From: Gracilinanus agilis
Taxonomy: Eukaryota
DNA length: 64,000 bases
Direction of reading: 5' to 3'
Assembly (NCBI RefSeq): GCF_016433145.1
Contig: NC_058133.1
Location: 389,697,456-389,761,455 of the forward strand
Shown here piece by piece: positions 61,221-64,000 of the stretch (positions within the stretch are counted from its first letter, which is position 1; every line of letters starts with the position of its first letter). Position numbers and translations under genes: made by a program. The notes beneath the pieces were generated by a model. The model was not told where the DNA came from, made no database searches, and saw only the letters and a list, made by a program, of their open reading frames with translations.

Positions 61221-64000
61221 TGTTGATATGGAATCTAGAAACTCCAAACTTGTAGCCTAATAAGATCTGATGAACCCCAAGTTTTAGGACTAGCTTGTAA
61301 GTTGGAGACCCCAAAGCTTAGACTTATTTCCTGTTCCCCTGAGAATCCACCCTGAAGGGAATCTCAGGCTAGCAATTTCAGACTGAATAATGGACCCTAA
61401 GGTAAATGACAATCCCAGTTAGGTGGAGCTAAGCATATGCTAAGTGCCCTTTTTATCTTAAGTAGTCTTCCCCATAGTATCAGAGACCCTTTCTCCGGAA
61501 AGACCCATACCTGGGCAGGGACCACCCTTTTAGTATCTATGGTAGGTAGCCCATTCCCTTACACCCTAGCCTCTGACTATGATTCCTTTCCCAAGCTTGA
61601 TTGTATCCTGTCAGTATAGTTTGAACACTCCCATTTCTTTGTAGCTATGGTAATGTCAATCATCTTTCCCTGGCCCTGGATCTCCCCAAATGGTATATAG
61701 GTTCCCCCATTTCTTTTGGTCTTTGGAGTTGTCAATTCATTATGGTTGGCTCTCCCAGGGGTCAGTGTCCAGAGCAGTGGTTCCCAAACTTTTTTGGCCT
61801 ACTGCCCCCTTTCCAGAAAAAATATTACTTAGTGCCCTGGAAATTAATTTTTTTTATTTTAATAGCAATTAATAGGAAAGATATATGTATTAATGTTTCT
61901 ACATTTTCCGTAAAATATAGTAAAGAAAGGTGTAAATTAGAAACATTGAGCTTTGAAATTATGAAACTATTTATTGAACTCAGAATAGAATGTAATACAA
62001 AAAAAGTTAAAACCTGTGGCCATCGCTGCTTCCCTGGATTGCTGCAGCACCCACCAGGGGGTGGTGGCACCCACTTTGGGAATCACTGGTCCAGAGCATC
62101 CAGAGTTCAATCCTCAGACTCTGCATGGGTGTTAGGGTGCAGCTCTGTGTGGAGGCCTACAATACACTGAACCTCTTTTCTTGATTAAAGAGTGGTTTTT
62201 CTGACTGTTTAATAGTTCTGTGTTTTTTCCCATTCAACAAATGGAGGTTCCCCAGCAAGATTCCTAAGTCCCAACTGCCTCAGCCACCCTGCTAGTAAGG
62301 ACCCTAAGACGTGAGGTACCCATACAACCCATTTGGGGTTGAGTCAGGGGTCTGGTTAGCAGAGGGCCCAGGTAAGTGGCTCTCAGATAAAGGGCTAGGT
62401 CTTGTGTATTTGGGAGAGACCCACTCTTTAATTAAGGGGGCATTAAGCAGTGGTCTGCAGATTGCACAGAGCCACAAAATCCATAGCCTAGCTGGGGGCT
62501 GCTGGAATGGGGAAACAGTAAATCTGTGACCCCAGGTAGAGGTGGGGGCAGTTGGCAGCCCAAGGAACCACCTAGCAATACGGCCTCAAGGTATATCTTT
62601 TCAAAATACTGGTCTGATGCATGCAAATATTTAGATAAATGGCAGTTGTAGCAAAGTCCAAACACAAGGTAAGCTGGACAAAATGGAGTCTAGTTCAACC
62701 TGACTACAAGCTCCAAACTTGACTAGAATTTTGTGTGTGTGTGTTGGCGCATGTGTAAATGAGTGGAACAGTGTCTAGTGGGGTTTTGCTGATTGTATGT
62801 CTAATGTATTTCTTCTAAATGCTGGTGATATAAATGTTAGCAAATAATGTCTATGAAGTTTTCTTAACAGTTAATTCCTCCCAAAAACTGAAGAGGCGAG
62901 GTAAGAGCTGGCGATCTGGATATATGAATATCCAGCAGGAGGCAAAAGGAGGTCCAGAAATTCATAACGTTAAAATTCTAATCTTTTCTTTCCAGTTTTG
63001 GTATAATTAATGTGTGAAATATCAAGTACAGTTAATGTTTTAATAGTGTTGGTAATGAGATGCATTTTACTCTAAGTATTAACTTTGTTATTTGAGTGCT
63101 ATAATTTCACATTTTTGTCAAGCTATTATTTGTTTCCAAAGAGCAAGGTTTTTCTGATTAACATGTGTGTTCTGAAGTAAATAAAGTTCATTTTTGGTCA
63201 CTGTGTAGTTGTAAAAAGACAAGACATTGTTGGGAAACAGCTTTGCTTTAAATGGTAAGGAAACCCTGAATTTTTTTTTAAACTGACCAACAATTTTCCT
63301 CTGAAGGAGTGGCTTTAGCCTTGGGCCAAAGGCATTTGAGGCAAAGCTGAGAGAAACCTAATTTGGAGCCTAAGGTAAATTAGAGTAAAAAGATAAAGAG
63401 AAGGGAATTGGATAGGTATTCTGATTTAAAGGTAATTTTTAAGCTTTTCCTTAGTGATCCTAAGTTTTATGTTTGGCGAGAACATTTTATGGGTTTTACT
63501 TTTTGAAAAAAGTAAAAGGACCATGAACTATAGCCTGAGTTTTGGAGTTTTTAAGGTATATTTCCAGAGTGCAAACATTACAATAGATAAGATTTTGTTT
63601 TAAAAGACCAGTGAATCCTGATTCCTAGAGTGAATTAGCTTTAAGTTTTTTCTTTTTAAGTGGAGAGAACTAATTCGATTTGGCATTTCTTTATTTTGTG
63701 AGCATTATTTTTCTGATAGATGATCATTGGCACATGACCAATATTAGAGAAAGGAATTCCACACCTGGAAAAATTCCTAAAAAATTTCTAAAGATGCCCT
63801 GCATTTTATCACCCCAGCTCTGGAGATTGGATGAAGTGATTAGAACTTATTAAGGTTAAGTTTTCTGGACTGCTTGTTAAAAAGTAATTTATTTAGAAAC
63901 CCTAGAACACTGACTTTTATCTCAAGATGTTTCTTAGGAGCCAAAAGCCTGGACAAGATTTTCCTGCAGCCTAGAATCTGAAGGATTCCTGAAGAAGACT
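61221..64000 (+). mobile_element. Endogenous retrovirus 5' end: LTR 61221-62239, PBS 62242-62261, non-coding or decayed internal region running off the window
   Basis: Inverted ends TGTTGA...TCAACA. ATTAAA near 62185. The LTR is followed after 2 nt by TGGAGGTTCCCCAGCAAGAT, similar to tRNA-Thr (TGGAGGCCCCAGCGAGAT) and tRNA-Gln PBS sequences. No gag/pol ORF in the track. Confidence 0.75.
61775..62088. mobile_element. 314-bp hAT (Charlie/Buster-type) MITE inserted in the ERV LTR, inverted relative to 60566-60767
   Basis: TIRs CAGTGGTTCCCAAACT / ACTTTGGGAATCACTG with a perfect 8-bp TSD GTCCAGAG. Confidence 0.9.

Noticed and set aside
61742-62170. 142-aa ORF and the 137-aa ORF at 60366-60779
   Set aside because: Both are read through non-autonomous hAT MITEs (shared QWFPNFFGL comes from the TIR) and contain no transposase motifs.
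1-64000. CRISPR arrays, rRNA genes, prokaryotic systems
   Set aside because: No regularly spaced repeat-spacer array or rRNA-like sequence was seen. The window is mammalian gene-cluster DNA.

Overview
Vertebrate, AT-rich and CpG-poor, almost certainly marsupial DNA: the SINEs look like opossum SINE1_Mdo/MAR1, so Monodelphis-like by inference. The window is part of a tandem trace amine-associated receptor (TAAR) olfactory GPCR cluster, all on the + strand. It holds a frameshifted TAAR9-like pseudogene cut by the window start (1-629), two intact TAAR9-like genes (13980-15062, 25320-26402), three intact TAAR6/TAAR8-clade genes (33950-34993, 44843-45886, 56768-57811) and a 38-codon orphan TAAR9-like 3' remnant (35904-36017). 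Intergenic DNA consists of duplicated flank blocks interrupted by lineage-specific insertions whose ends and TSDs can be read directly: six solo LTRs (several nested), an ERV 5' end with a PBS, three hAT-type elements, L1/RTE fragments and many SINEs. Main points of interest: (i) a perfect 58-bp-arm palindromic mini-element with TG...CA ends and a 4-bp TSD; (ii) a 25-bp T-box-like/GGGATT motif plus TAATAAAAG at fixed spacing upstream of all five intact genes of both subfamilies; (iii) sharply bounded gene-conversion tracts, including 976 bp of identity between two genes with diverged flanks; (iv) a D5.43-to-H switch in the amine pocket of one paralog; (v) visible duplication breakpoints and a templated insertion inside a SINE. 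All alignments were done by eye, and repeat family names are from recollection and need Dfam/RepBase confirmation.
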